From: Rebecca billardiae RCC1528
Lineage: Eukaryota > Protista > Haptophyta
Assembly (NCBI GenBank): GCA_965240325.2
Contig: OZ251234.1
Span: 1,674,001-1,738,000 of the forward strand
DNA length: 64,000 bases
Direction of reading: 5' to 3'
This document shows, one piece after another, positions 34,617 through 44,935 of the stretch. Position numbers and translations under genes: made by a program. Below the pieces are notes generated by a model. That model saw only the letters and a program-made list of their open reading frames with translations, was not told the origin of the DNA and did no database searches. Positions within the stretch are counted from its first letter, which is position 1. Each line of letters opens with the position of its first letter.

Positions 34617-35270
34617 ATGTCTGCGCCCACCCCCCACCGGCTCATCGCCGTGAAGGCCGCGCTCGCATGCGGGGCACTGGCTTTCGTCGGCGTCTGCACG
34701 AGGAGTTCTCGACCGACCTTCAATACCCCGTCCGTGCACGAACCCTCGGATGCCCATCTACGAGTGGGCAGCTCCCCACTCGCGCTTCGTCTCGGCGCTC
34801 GGCTCGGCGCTCCGCGCAACTTCAGCCTCAACATCTGCCCGCAGAAAATGCCCGACTCGCAGGGCATCGAGCGTGAGTTCGTATGCCCAGGGGGGACCGT
34901 GCCAATGTTCTGGCCGCATCAGTACTGGTGCGTCGCTCGCGCCGCGCATGCGCCAGCGCGTTGCCTCCGCCACCTGATGACGGCCCCTCCCTCTGCATCG
35001 CGCTGCGTGCTGCGGTGCTTTCCCCTCAGGTTTCCCGATCCGGCCGACTCCTCGCACTGCGCACAGGCGTGCAGCGAGCCCGGCATGTCAAATCGATTCA
35101 CGTTTAGCTGGGGGCAGACGGGCGTCTTCATGCCGGGCTACTGCTGCTCTGCCGGCTTCAACCGGTACCTCTTCGATCGGCGGGAAGGGCAGCGCTACAT
35201 CGACCGACGAGGCTACAAGCAGGTGACGGTGCAGATTTTCACCAGCGGCCCTTTCCCCAGCAGGTCGTGA
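34617..35270 (+). CDS. Small Cys-rich hypothetical protein with N-terminal anchor/signal, ~183 aa, 2 exons
   Basis: Exons 34617-34927 and 35030-35270 (GT-AG intron); hydrophobic AALACGALAFVGVC; Cys/Trp-rich C-terminal domain. Confidence 0.55.
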   Translation: MSAPTPHRLIAVKAALACGALAFVGVCTRSSRPTFNTPSVHEPSDAHLRVGSSPLALRLGARLGAPRNFSLNICPQKMPDSQGIEREFVCPGGTVPMFWPHQYWCVARAAHAPARCLRHLMTAPPSASRCVLRCFPLRFPDPADSSHCAQACSEPGMSNRFTFSWGQTGVFMPGYCCSAGFNRYLFDRREGQRYIDRRGYKQVTVQIFTSGPFPSRS

Positions 35271-35536
35271 CGGAGCTACTACGCGCGACATGAGGCGTCT
35301 TGTCCTTCCTCAGGAGGCCGGGGCCCGGAGTCTGGGTGATCCCGTCGTGACGGGAAAATTGGGCGCGACGCTCCGCCACGAGCGGAAGCCATCGTGGCCG
35401 CGCCCTGCTGGCTAGGGCGCCGCGTCGTCGGCTGGCGCCTGGAGAGTACCCATACAATCATGTAAGTACATGTACCGCAACAGTCGGCCAAAAGACGGGC
35501 AAAGCCTCGAAGGCTCCACGCCCGCCCGAGGAGCCA

Positions 35537-37066
35537 ATGGCGGAGAAGAGGGTGGTGCGCGCGCTCTTTCGAGCGCTGGCTCGTGCGGTCGAGCCGTACG
35601 ACGGCAACCCCGCGCTGCGAGCGCTGCTGACGAGCATGCCCGATCGTGTGTTCCACCGGGCGCTCGGGCGCGTCGTCGACGTGACCTCGAGCTCGTCGGC
35701 ATCCAGCATTGTCGACCACGCCATCCGCACGCTGAATGGCGGCGCCGAGTACTACCGGCCGCGCAGCGAGCCGCAGCCTTTGCTGGCCCGGGTTACGCTC
35801 AGCTCGTGCTTCCGGTCGCCGCCGGTCACAGCTGCGTCCACAGACGAGGTGCTCGACGGCGCCTTCGAGGCGCTGCGCTGGCTCGAAGCCGTTCGCGACA
35901 GCTTTGCGCGCCTGCCTGCTGCCGAGTGGACGTCGGTGAGTGTGCCCAAGCTCGCGCTCAGTCCGGACCAAGCGGCGATGCCGCGGGTGGGCGATCTGCT
36001 CCTCACGCACCCCGTGGCATGCCCTCGCCAGCCGACGCTCCACCAGGCGGCGATCCTCCTCACCGAGGCTGCGGACGTGGGCGTCGAGGAGAAGCGCGTG
36101 CGCGGCGTCACGGGCATCGTGCTGAACCGCCCTTCGCGCCTCACCCTCGGGCAGCTGCTGCAGGCGCACGGCGCGAACACGCTCGACGATGACGACAGCG
36201 AGCTCCCGTCCGAGCGCGCCAGGCGCCGCGAGCCGCGCGAGCCCGACGCCGCCCGCAGCCAGGCGGACGACGTGCGCGCGCTGCTCGCGCCGATCTCGCA
36301 CAATCTCGTGTACGTCGGTGGGGACGTGATGCGCGACCGGCTGCTCCTGCTGCACCCGTACCCGCACGTGCGCGACTCGGCGCGCGTGTGTGACGGCGTG
36401 TACGTCTGCTCGAACGCGCACGCCGTGCACGACGCCATCACGAGCGGCGAGGCGCACGCCTCAGCCTTCAAGGTGATGGTGGGCCACTGCGGCTGGGCGG
36501 CAGAGCAGCTGCAGGTCGAGTGCGAGCGAGGGGTGTGGTTCGTCACGCGCGACCCGGAGGGTGAAGGCGCCGGCGCGATCGCCGAGCTGGCCACGCGGCG
36601 GCACTGCGTGGTCGACGACCAGGACGAGCGCGCGGGGCCGAGCGGCGCCGTTCGTGGCGACGGTGACGACGCGGACGGCGGCAGCGGCGGCCCGTGGTGC
36701 GCGGCGAGCATGCGCGAGCTGCTGCCGATGCAGGAGGAGACACACTCGGACGCGCGCCGCCCGCAATACCTCGAGAGCGCCGACCGAGCCATGTATTGCG
36801 GGCTGCTGACCACGCTCTCGCCCGAGCACGCCGAGCTCTGCCAGCTGGCGTGCGACGCGGACACGCTGCTCGAGCACCTGCACGAGACCGTCGAGCGCCA
36901 CCACGAGGGGCTCGAGGCGGCGCTCGCCCAGACGCCGAGTGCGCTCTTCGAGTCTGAGGCCGAGGACGATGGCGACGACTCGGATGGCGCTGGCAGCGGC
37001 GGGCGGCCCGGCGGCGTGGGTGGACGCGGCGGTGTGGATCCGGCTGATCCCGCCCGTCATCGATGA
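35537..37066 (+). CDS. YqgE/AlgH (DUF179) family protein
   Basis: Motifs GDLLLTHP, QAAILL, GIVLNRP, VYVGGDV, VCDGVYV, FKVMVGHCGWAAEQLQVECERGVW. Confidence 0.85.
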   Translation: MAEKRVVRALFRALARAVEPYDGNPALRALLTSMPDRVFHRALGRVVDVTSSSSASSIVDHAIRTLNGGAEYYRPRSEPQPLLARVTLSSCFRSPPVTAASTDEVLDGAFEALRWLEAVRDSFARLPAAEWTSVSVPKLALSPDQAAMPRVGDLLLTHPVACPRQPTLHQAAILLTEAADVGVEEKRVRGVTGIVLNRPSRLTLGQLLQAHGANTLDDDDSELPSERARRREPREPDAARSQADDVRALLAPISHNLVYVGGDVMRDRLLLLHPYPHVRDSARVCDGVYVCSNAHAVHDAITSGEAHASAFKVMVGHCGWAAEQLQVECERGVWFVTRDPEGEGAGAIAELATRRHCVVDDQDERAGPSGAVRGDGDDADGGSGGPWCAASMRELLPMQEETHSDARRPQYLESADRAMYCGLLTTLSPEHAELCQLACDADTLLEHLHETVERHHEGLEAALAQTPSALFESEAEDDGDDSDGAGSGGRPGGVGGRGGVDPADPARHR

Positions 37067-37274
37067 TCAGATCCTCGGACGGTCCGAGTCGTGCCGCCCT
37101 CCCAATTCTACTGTATCCGCGCATCTTTATCTCGGATTGTCAGACTGTCATGCGCACCGCAGCAGATGCATTGAATTTGAATGCGGCATTCGGTCTATGA
37201 ATGCGGCATTCGGTCCTAAGACCTAACTCGCCCGCGATTCCGCAACATGAATATAAAAAAGCGGCTTCGTTCAT

Positions 37275-38183
37275 TCATGACGACGACGACGGGGACGAGC
37301 CCTCGTCCAGGTCTAGCTGCACGCCGGCTTCGCGCAGCGCGTTCACGATGTCTCGTTGTATCGCAACGGCGCGCTCATCGTCACCCTCGGCCCTCGCCAC
37401 CTCCGCCAGCGAGTAGAGCGACGCGACTGAGTCCGGGTGCGTCATGCCGAGCGCCTTCACACGGGTGCGTGCTGCTCGGAGCAAGCATCGGCGCGCCGCG
37501 GCGAGGTCGCCGCGGGCCTTGTGCGCCAAGGCGAGCGAGTTCTGCGCGTTCGCGGTGCGGAGGTCCTCCGCCCCGCATGCAGCTTCGAGATCAGCGGCCG
37601 CGCGCTCGAGGAGGGGCGCCGCGCGCTCCACGTCCCCAGCTTCGCGCGCGATCGCGCCCACGTTGAGGCGTGTCACGGCGACGTCGGGGTGTTCGTCGCC
37701 GAGGAGGAGGGCGCGCTCATGCAGCACGTCCTCGAGAATGCGTGAGGCCTGCGCCAGGTCCCCCGTCTCGCGGAGTGCGAGCGCGAGGTTGTGCCGGGCA
37801 GTCAGCGTGGACGCGTGGTGCCTCCCAAGCGAAGCTTCATACGCGTCCACCGCCTGACGATAGAGCTCAGTGGATCGCTCGCGATGGCCAAGCGCCTTGT
37901 GCACGAGTGCAAGATTGTTCAGACTGCTCGCCACGGACGGATGGCTCGCCCCAAACTCCGCGCGCGTCGCCTCCAGGCAGGTCGTGGCCGCGTCGAGCGC
38001 CCGGGAGTAGTCAGCGCTCGCAAACGCTTCGCGCGTCGTGGCCTGCAGCGCGCGGATCTGCTCCTGCTTAGGCAGCGGCCTGCCACCAGTACTGTCGCCA
38101 CCGACGGTGAGAGCTCTGAGCGGCACGCTCGCGGCTCGCCAGCTGAGCCGGACGCGTCGGGCGGTACAGACGAGCCCACGCAT
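37275..38183 (-). CDS. Kinesin-light-chain-type TPR repeat protein, possibly mitochondrial
   Basis: ~42-aa repeats: HPSVASSLNNLA, HASTLTARHNLA, HPDVAVTRLNVG, DLRTANAQNSLA, HPDSVASLYSLA. Arg-rich N-terminus. Confidence 0.85.
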   Translation of the reverse strand: MRGLVCTARRVRLSWRAASVPLRALTVGGDSTGGRPLPKQEQIRALQATTREAFASADYSRALDAATTCLEATRAEFGASHPSVASSLNNLALVHKALGHRERSTELYRQAVDAYEASLGRHHASTLTARHNLALALRETGDLAQASRILEDVLHERALLLGDEHPDVAVTRLNVGAIAREAGDVERAAPLLERAAADLEAACGAEDLRTANAQNSLALAHKARGDLAAARRCLLRAARTRVKALGMTHPDSVASLYSLAEVARAEGDDERAVAIQRDIVNALREAGVQLDLDEGSSPSSSS

Positions 38184-38288
38184 GGCCTCCGGCCCGGAGC
38201 GTACCGGCACTGTCCGCCCTGGCCAGAGCGGCTGCCGATCTCCCGGCGAGAGCTTGCCGCAAGCGAGCCGCCTTTGCTCTCACTCAGG

Positions 38289-40565
38289 ATGGGCGACGAC
38301 GTTGTGCGCGAGGAGTCGGCGCTGAGGCTGGTCGCGCTGGCGGAGGAGTCCGCGGGCTGCGATCCGGCCCTGGCGCTCCGCTGTGCGCGTGCCGCTTTCA
38401 CGCTCACCGCGGACGCCGTGCAGGGCCGCTCGCACGCGCTCGCTTCGCTCGTGCTGGGCGAGCTTCTCGCGAGCCAGCGGCCGCCGAGCGCCGGTGCGAT
38501 CGAGTACCTCATGGCCGCGGCGAATTCGAGAGCCCTGGCGAGTGCCGAGGAGGATGTTGGGCTCAGGCAACGCGCACTCGACGGCGCCGCTCTCGCCGCG
38601 TCAAACGCGGCCCAGCCTCTCGAGGAGATCGCCGCGTTGCGCGCGCGGCTGTCGCTCACGCGCGCTGGCTGGGAGCTTGCGAGCGTGCACACGCGGCTCG
38701 CGGCCGCACTCGACAAGGCGGGCGACGTGGACGCCGCGCTGGCCGCGCTGGTCGTGGCCGAGTCGCCCGACGCCCCGCTCCCCGCCGAGGCGCGCCTCGC
38801 CCTCTGCCTCAACGCCCTGCTGCTGGCTGTGCAGCGCAGCCATGCGCGCGCGCCTCAGCTGGCGAGCGTGTGCGAGCGAGCAGCGCTCGCGCTCGGTGCG
38901 TGCTCGCCGAGCCGCGTGGGCTGGAGCCTGCGCGCGCAGTACCACGTCCTCGCTCTCTTGCTCGAGGCCCAGACGGGCGTCCCGGCCCTCGCGCCGCCGC
39001 CGCCGGCCGCCAGCGCCAGCTGCGCACATTCGTCGTCGCCGGCTCAGCGCGGCAGCGGCAGCATCGTCGGCACGCCGCCCCGCGCCGGCGCGGCCGCGGC
39101 CGGCTCGCCGGGTGGCAGCGGCAAGGCGGGCGTCTCGCCCGGTGGCGTGGGCGCGGGCGCATTCGGCGCCCACCTGAGCGGGCTTCGGATGGCCGAGGAC
39201 GTGCTCTCGACCTCCTTCTCCACGCCCGGACCCCCGGACAGCCTGGGTGCACACGGCTTCCTGTCAGTGCCAGAGTTGCGGACGGTGCGCGCGGCGCTCG
39301 AGGGCGTGCACGCGCTGCGCCGCGGCCGTCACCCGGGCAGCGCGCCTCCCGCGGCATCCGTGCCGAAGGCGTCGGCGGCGCTCGCGCTGGCCGGCATCTC
39401 CGACGCCGACCCCGCGACGGCCCCGGCGATCGAGCTCGCCGCGCGGCTGACACACATCCAGTGCGCGGCCGCGGCGTCGCTGCAAGCTCTCAGGCTCAAG
39501 TCTGCCGATAAGCTGCTGCAGGAGGGGGGCGGCCTGATTGAGCGCGCGCTCGAGGCGCCGGGCGGCGCCGCGCCGGCGGGGATCCGCGCGAGCGGCTCGG
39601 GCCGCTCTGCGTCTGTGCCCCCGCCGTGCAACGCCGGGCCGGCCCCGTGGCCTGCGCTGAACGATGGCGACGGCGGCTGCCGCGCGGTCGCGGCCGCGTT
39701 CGCCCCGGTGTGGCACGCTCTGCTCGCGACGCTGGCGTCGAACGTGGGCGCGGCGCAGGGCGCGCGCGAGCACGCGAGCCTCGCGCTCGCGCTCGAGAGG
39801 GCCTCGCCGGCTCCATCTCCCGAGCTGCTCGCGTGGTATGAAACGCTCTGCGCGACCGCCGCGCCGGCAGACGGCGGTGCGGACGGAGGGCGCGCCGGGC
39901 GCCTCCACGCGGTCGAGTGCGCGGTGGCGCAGCTGCCGGCGGAGAACGTGCTCCAGCGCGTCGCGCTGCGTGCCCACCACGTCGCGCTCTCGCTCGGCGC
40001 CGAGGCCCAGCGCAGCGCCGCGATCAGCGCGGCTGCGCATGCGCGCGCCCTCCTCGATGAGCTCAGCTTCACCTCGGCCGCGGCTGCGCCGAGCGCGCCG
40101 CCCGCAGCGTCTGGCGCGCAGGCCACCGAGTCGGTCTGCCCGGGCCTCGTGGCGTACGTGCTGTGCGTGCACGCGCGCGCGAGCCTCGACGCGCTGCGCT
40201 CGGGCGCCGCCGCCGGCGCTGACGCCGGCCTCTCGCCCGACGTGGCTCGGCAGACGCTCGAGTCGGCGTACATCCTCGCGCACCGCGGGCGCGACGCGCA
40301 GCTGCTGCTGGGCGTGCTGAGGCTGCAGGTCGAGCTGTACGAGACGCACGGCGGCGCGCTCGCCGACGCGCCCGCGAAGCTGGCCAAGTTCCGCGAGTAC
40401 ATGCTGAAGAAGGAGGCCATGTTCGGCGCCGCGCGCGAGGACGCACGGCAGGCGCCAGAAATCGCCCGGGCGCTGGCATGGCGGGCTCCAGCGGCGCACA
40501 GGCCCCACGCCCACGCCCACGCCCACGGGCAGTCAACCGCTGGACCGTCAGCGTCGCCCGTCTAA
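38289..40565 (+). CDS. Probable cohesin loader subunit MAU2/SCC4 (divergent TPR-like protein)
   Basis: N-terminus LVALAE..ALRCARA..ASLVLGELL..AIEYL and C-terminus LVAYVL..ARQTLESAYILAH..DAQLLLGVLRLQVELY parallel the MAU2/SCC4 termini as recalled. Confidence 0.55.
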   Translation: MGDDVVREESALRLVALAEESAGCDPALALRCARAAFTLTADAVQGRSHALASLVLGELLASQRPPSAGAIEYLMAAANSRALASAEEDVGLRQRALDGAALAASNAAQPLEEIAALRARLSLTRAGWELASVHTRLAAALDKAGDVDAALAALVVAESPDAPLPAEARLALCLNALLLAVQRSHARAPQLASVCERAALALGACSPSRVGWSLRAQYHVLALLLEAQTGVPALAPPPPAASASCAHSSSPAQRGSGSIVGTPPRAGAAAAGSPGGSGKAGVSPGGVGAGAFGAHLSGLRMAEDVLSTSFSTPGPPDSLGAHGFLSVPELRTVRAALEGVHALRRGRHPGSAPPAASVPKASAALALAGISDADPATAPAIELAARLTHIQCAAAASLQALRLKSADKLLQEGGGLIERALEAPGGAAPAGIRASGSGRSASVPPPCNAGPAPWPALNDGDGGCRAVAAAFAPVWHALLATLASNVGAAQGAREHASLALALERASPAPSPELLAWYETLCATAAPADGGADGGRAGRLHAVECAVAQLPAENVLQRVALRAHHVALSLGAEAQRSAAISAAAHARALLDELSFTSAAAAPSAPPAASGAQATESVCPGLVAYVLCVHARASLDALRSGAAAGADAGLSPDVARQTLESAYILAHRGRDAQLLLGVLRLQVELYETHGGALADAPAKLAKFREYMLKKEAMFGAAREDARQAPEIARALAWRAPAAHRPHAHAHAHGQSTAGPSASPV

Positions 40566-40653
40566 GCTTAGCTAACAGTCATCGGCAGTACTCAGTAGCC
40601 TTAGGCGCCAACTCGCCCGCGGGTCCGAAGCCGAGTTTTGGCGCCGGGCCGTA

Positions 40654-40657
<4 letters not shown>

Positions 40658-40715
<58 letters not shown>
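40658..40715. repeat. (TA)n microsatellite
   Basis: Perfect run. Confidence 0.95.
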
Positions 40716-40718
<3 letters not shown>

Positions 40719-41316
40719 TTAGCTTTCTCGGACCAGACGTCTCTAACGGCTGCCGCAGCCGCTGGCCCGGTACTCGGCCGTCGCGCGGGCGGCGGCTGCG
40801 GGCGCGACGTCACGACGGCGACTTCGGACGTGGCGGCACGTTGACGTGGGCGTCACACTCACTGTCACATCACACGTGCATCGCGGGGTGCGGGAGTGCC
40901 GCAAGTGAGGGTTACTAAGTGAGAGAGTAGCAACTCGGTCGCACTCTGGCGAGTGCGGCGGCCTTCGCGCGCAGCGCACAAACAATTGCCGACGATATTC
41001 CGTCATCCGCGCCGCTGATGAATCCGACGAGGCGGACCGCCGTCCGCACGCGGACCCGGCGGCTAGCAGTTTTATTGGCTATAGTAGCAGTCGATTGTCA
41101 GTGTGAGTGACCCGGCGGCGGCGCGGCCCGCAGCCTGGAGCCTCGGAGTCTTCGAGACGGAGTCGGACGGCCCTGCTGATTGAGAGCGTGCGTTGCTGAA
41201 TGCTGTTGAGTGTTGCAGCTGCCGTGCGGGCCGTGTAACCGTACCGTTCGCGGAATATCATGCCGCCGGACTGCTGTCCAGTGTCCTACTCCTACTCGTC
41301 ACCGGGGTCCGGGCGT

Positions 41317-41335
41317 TCTCTCTCTCTCTCTCTCT

Positions 41336-41369
<34 letters not shown>
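41317..41369. repeat. (CT)n microsatellite
   Basis: Near-perfect run. Confidence 0.9.
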
Positions 41370-41370
<1 letters not shown>

Positions 41371-41509
41371 GGTGATGTAGCCTCAGTCTGAGATAGGTCA
41401 TCGATCGATGCCCGCACCGATGATGCCCGATATGGCGATCTTCGGCGGTCTCACTCCGCCTTGCCGACGGCGACTGCCGGAAGCTCCGTTGCGCCGCCAA
41501 CGGTCGGAA

Positions 41510-42442
41510 TCACACCATGCGATGCGCCTTGCCCTTGTTCTTGCCCTCACGCGTAGCGACCTCGAACCTGTCAACGACGCCTGCCTCCTTGCGGTCTTTG
41601 TCGACGCCCCGCGACTTGACCAGCGTGCTGTGCACGGTCGACCGGAAGCGCTCTGACAGACTCGGGACTCCAAACACGATGAGCTGGACGATGCACACGA
41701 GCTCGACGATGCCCTGCGACACGGGCACGCAGCTTGCATCGACGAACAGGTGATAGATCACAGTGGGGAGCGCAAGAACGCCACCGAGGGTGAAGGTGCG
41801 TCCGAGCGACACCCAGAGATTCTCCAGCCGCGCACGTCCGATGAGCGACGTCAGCGAGCGCCCGAGCATCACAGTGCCGACGAGGCCGAGCACCGCCCAC
41901 AGCAGCAGCATTGCCAGCGTCGACGCGGCGCACGTGCAGTTCGTCGGCTCGTGCGAGAAAGGGTCCGCGCAAGCGCCATCCTTTCCCTTGACGAATGCGA
42001 GCACCACGTCGGCCGTCATGATGACGAACATGCCCGCGTGCAACGCAGTCGTTCCGATGCTCGCGAGATTGATCGAGAATGCCTCGGTCGGCTGGATGCT
42101 CAGCATGAGAAGGAACGCGGCGACCGGCGTGCACGTGATGGGAATCAGCTGCACGTTGCTGCAGACGTCAGAGTCCCCGCCAGCGCAGCCGATCGCGTAG
42201 AAGAGGAACATGCCGATCGCAACGAACAGGACTAAGGCACCAAGAGCTTGGAGTGGACGCCCGATGCGGGCGCGAAACCGCGCGACCTGGCGGCGGCGAG
42301 CAAACAGCTGGCTGCGCAGCTTGTCCTCGTGCTTGGTTCGAGTCGCCGAACCACGGTAGCGAGCCTGGATCGTGGTGGCGGCCTGGTCGGCGGTGGGGCC
42401 GGAGCCATCGGTCGGCTTGGCACTACTCGAGCACGTTCCCAT
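41510..42442 (-). CDS. Multi-pass membrane protein with N-myristoylation/palmitoylation signal and IQ motif (~310 aa)
   Basis: Starts MGTCSSSAK; IQ motif AATTIQARYRGSATR; ~6 hydrophobic helices with Cys-containing loops. Confidence 0.75.
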   Translation of the reverse strand: MGTCSSSAKPTDGSGPTADQAATTIQARYRGSATRTKHEDKLRSQLFARRRQVARFRARIGRPLQALGALVLFVAIGMFLFYAIGCAGGDSDVCSNVQLIPITCTPVAAFLLMLSIQPTEAFSINLASIGTTALHAGMFVIMTADVVLAFVKGKDGACADPFSHEPTNCTCAASTLAMLLLWAVLGLVGTVMLGRSLTSLIGRARLENLWVSLGRTFTLGGVLALPTVIYHLFVDASCVPVSQGIVELVCIVQLIVFGVPSLSERFRSTVHSTLVKSRGVDKDRKEAGVVDRFEVATREGKNKGKAHRMV

Positions 42443-42801
42443 GACGCGACGAAAGGTGGGATCCCGGCGGCAGCGGTTGTCGGAAGAGGCACAACGGGAC
42501 ACCAGGACACGACGACGACGAGTACTCATTAGTTATTAGTGATGGCGCACATTGCAGATTTGTGATTGAGCATCTCAGGGTCGTTCGTCAGGAGCTCGCA
42601 GCACGGTTCTCTTGAACCGCTGCGTACTGTTACTGTAGATTCTCGAGTGTCGTCGCTATCATTCATTACGCCCAATACTACGTAATACAGAAAATGCTTT
42701 GGGAAATTCAGAGTCCAACACTGATATTAATTAATGAAACGACACGATCTGATGAGAGTGAAAGGGTCCCGGACGCGCGGGAGCGACGCACGCGGCACGG
42801 C

Positions 42802-44935
42802 ATGCGTCCACGGCTCGTCGCGCAGCTCGTCGCGCTCGCGGCCATCGCCGGCGTCTCAGGAGCCTGCGTGCAGCCCGTTGGCATCGACGATGGCACGCCG
42901 GGTGCTCTCGACTCCACTGACCTCGTCGGCAAGCTCCCTCCAGAGGGCATCTTCCCGACCATGATCCAGGTGCCTGCGCGCTCGAACTTTCAGCCTGCGA
43001 GCGAGCGCCCATCCATGCACGCCCACGCTGCACGCGGTGCAGGCACGCAGACGATGCAGCTCGCGCTGCGCCCATGCGCACGCGTGGGTGGGGGGCAGCC
43101 CTCTGACTGCGCCGAGCGTCCGCCCCTCCGCCGTGACTGTCCCTGCGTGCATCTGGCCCTGCGCACACATGCGCACACACGTCACGACGCACGTGATGCG
43201 TGGCACAATGCGTGGCACAGATCATCATCCCGAAGCTCGGCCTGTACGAGACTCCCATACAGTTTCGCAACGTCCAAATGGCAGTGATTCCGATTTACAG
43301 CGCGGCCGCTGCCTTTGAGGTGACGGCGCTCGAGTTCTTCGGCCGCATTGCTGAGACGACCAGCCGTCGCCGGTGTGCTTCCTCAGGTGCGTACGATTTC
43401 GATCTGCACCGCCGTGTGACGCTTGCCTACGCCTGTGCATGGGGCATGACGACATTCACGGCGGAAATCAAGGCCGATGTTACCGCGAAGCTCGCTGAGT
43501 GGGGCCTCGACTACGAGCGCTGCCCAGGTGGCCCTGGATGCGACACGACGGACACTCCGTGGGGCCTGGCATGGGCGCTGACGGAAGAGGTGAAGGCATT
43601 CGCAGCTCGAGATGGTTGGAACGCGGACGGCTCCATGAGCCGGCGCCACAACTTGCTCAACTACTCCGACTGGCGCTCAAAGCCGTACGTGCCTGCCAAC
43701 GCACCGTGGGAGCTGACCGTTCCGACGCGCTGGAAGCCACTCCTGGAGCGCGACGGCAGGGGCTTCCTCTATCACCAGGTGGGCGCCAGCGCAGTGCTGA
43801 TGTTGTCTGTGCTGCGTGTGGCGTGCTCATATGTTGCCCTGTCCGCCCACCGATCCGCAGGAGCATGTCGTACCACACATCGGTGCCACTGCACGCTCCA
43901 TCTTCCTGTCCGACAAGCAGATTTGTGCCATGCGCTCTCCCTCACCTGCATACGACTACCACAGCGAGATGGATGAGGTGTTGGCGCGCACAGAGGCACT
44001 GACAGACGAGCAGAAGGCAGAGGTGGAGCTCTTCGACTCCAAGTTCACGTCGCTCTTGCCGATGCAAGTGCAGTGCGCGGAAGGGCATCTCACTGGTGCG
44101 CAAAGCCGCCCGCAGCAGCCCGCTGAGCACAACATACGCAGACAGGCCCTGCACTTGCTAACTAATGTGCTGCACCCACATGGCACGTGCACCGCAGGAT
44201 TCGTTTGAGTTCATCCTGGCGGACACGATGACCATCAGCGTGCTGTACGAGAGCATCATCGTGGTGTGGAAGGAGAAAGTGCGCCACGACCTCGTTCGGC
44301 CGACCTCGCTGATCCAGGCGCTCCGGGCTGGCGAGCTCGTGCGCACGTACGCTGGCCCAGTGGTGGGTGGAGCTGCGGAGATCGACGCTGCGGAATGGGA
44401 GCCGTACGTTCGCGTGATGCCGCACGCTGAGTATCCCTCTGGCTCAGCCTGTGTGTGCAAGGCCTACCAGCGGGCACTCACCAAGCTAGAGGGTTCTGAC
44501 TCTGTCCTCTCTACCATCGGTGGACCGCTTGCAGTGGAGATCCCTGCAGGCTCGTCCAAAACAGAGCCAGGCAAGACCCCCGCTTCACCACTGCTCCTCA
44601 CCTACTCCTCTTGGTCCCAGGCAGCATCGCGCTGCAGCCACTCGAGGCTCGAAGGCGGCATGCACTTCACCACCTCTGTGCCGGCTGGCGAGGACCTGTG
44701 CGCTGGCATTGGTGATCTCATGGCTGACGTCTTCATGAAGCTCCGAGCTGGCCAGGTCCCAGACACAGTTGCTGACATCTATGGCCAGCCGTCAGAGGTG
44801 CGCTGCCCTGGAGACGCAAGGCAGCCAGCGCAAGGCGGAGTCCTGTGCCCTCCTGGCTGCGTCAGCGCTGGTCGTATGCGCCTGCTCTTCGGCGGCTTCG
44901 GCAAGTGCCCTCCTGGCTGTGTGCGCAGCACCTAA
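42802..44935 (+). CDS. Secreted vanadium-dependent haloperoxidase-like / PAP2-superfamily protein, ~556 aa, 4 exons
   Basis: Exons 42802-42969, 43221-43778, 43861-44067, 44198-44935 (third donor least certain). Signal peptide; RDGWNADG; vanadate/phosphate-site motifs WKEKVRHDLVRP, HAEYPSGS, SRLEGGMHF. Confidence 0.85.

Noticed and set aside
42745-42775. Hammerhead ribozyme (CTGATGA...GAAA)
   Set aside because: Only 4 nt between the core motifs and no supporting stems.
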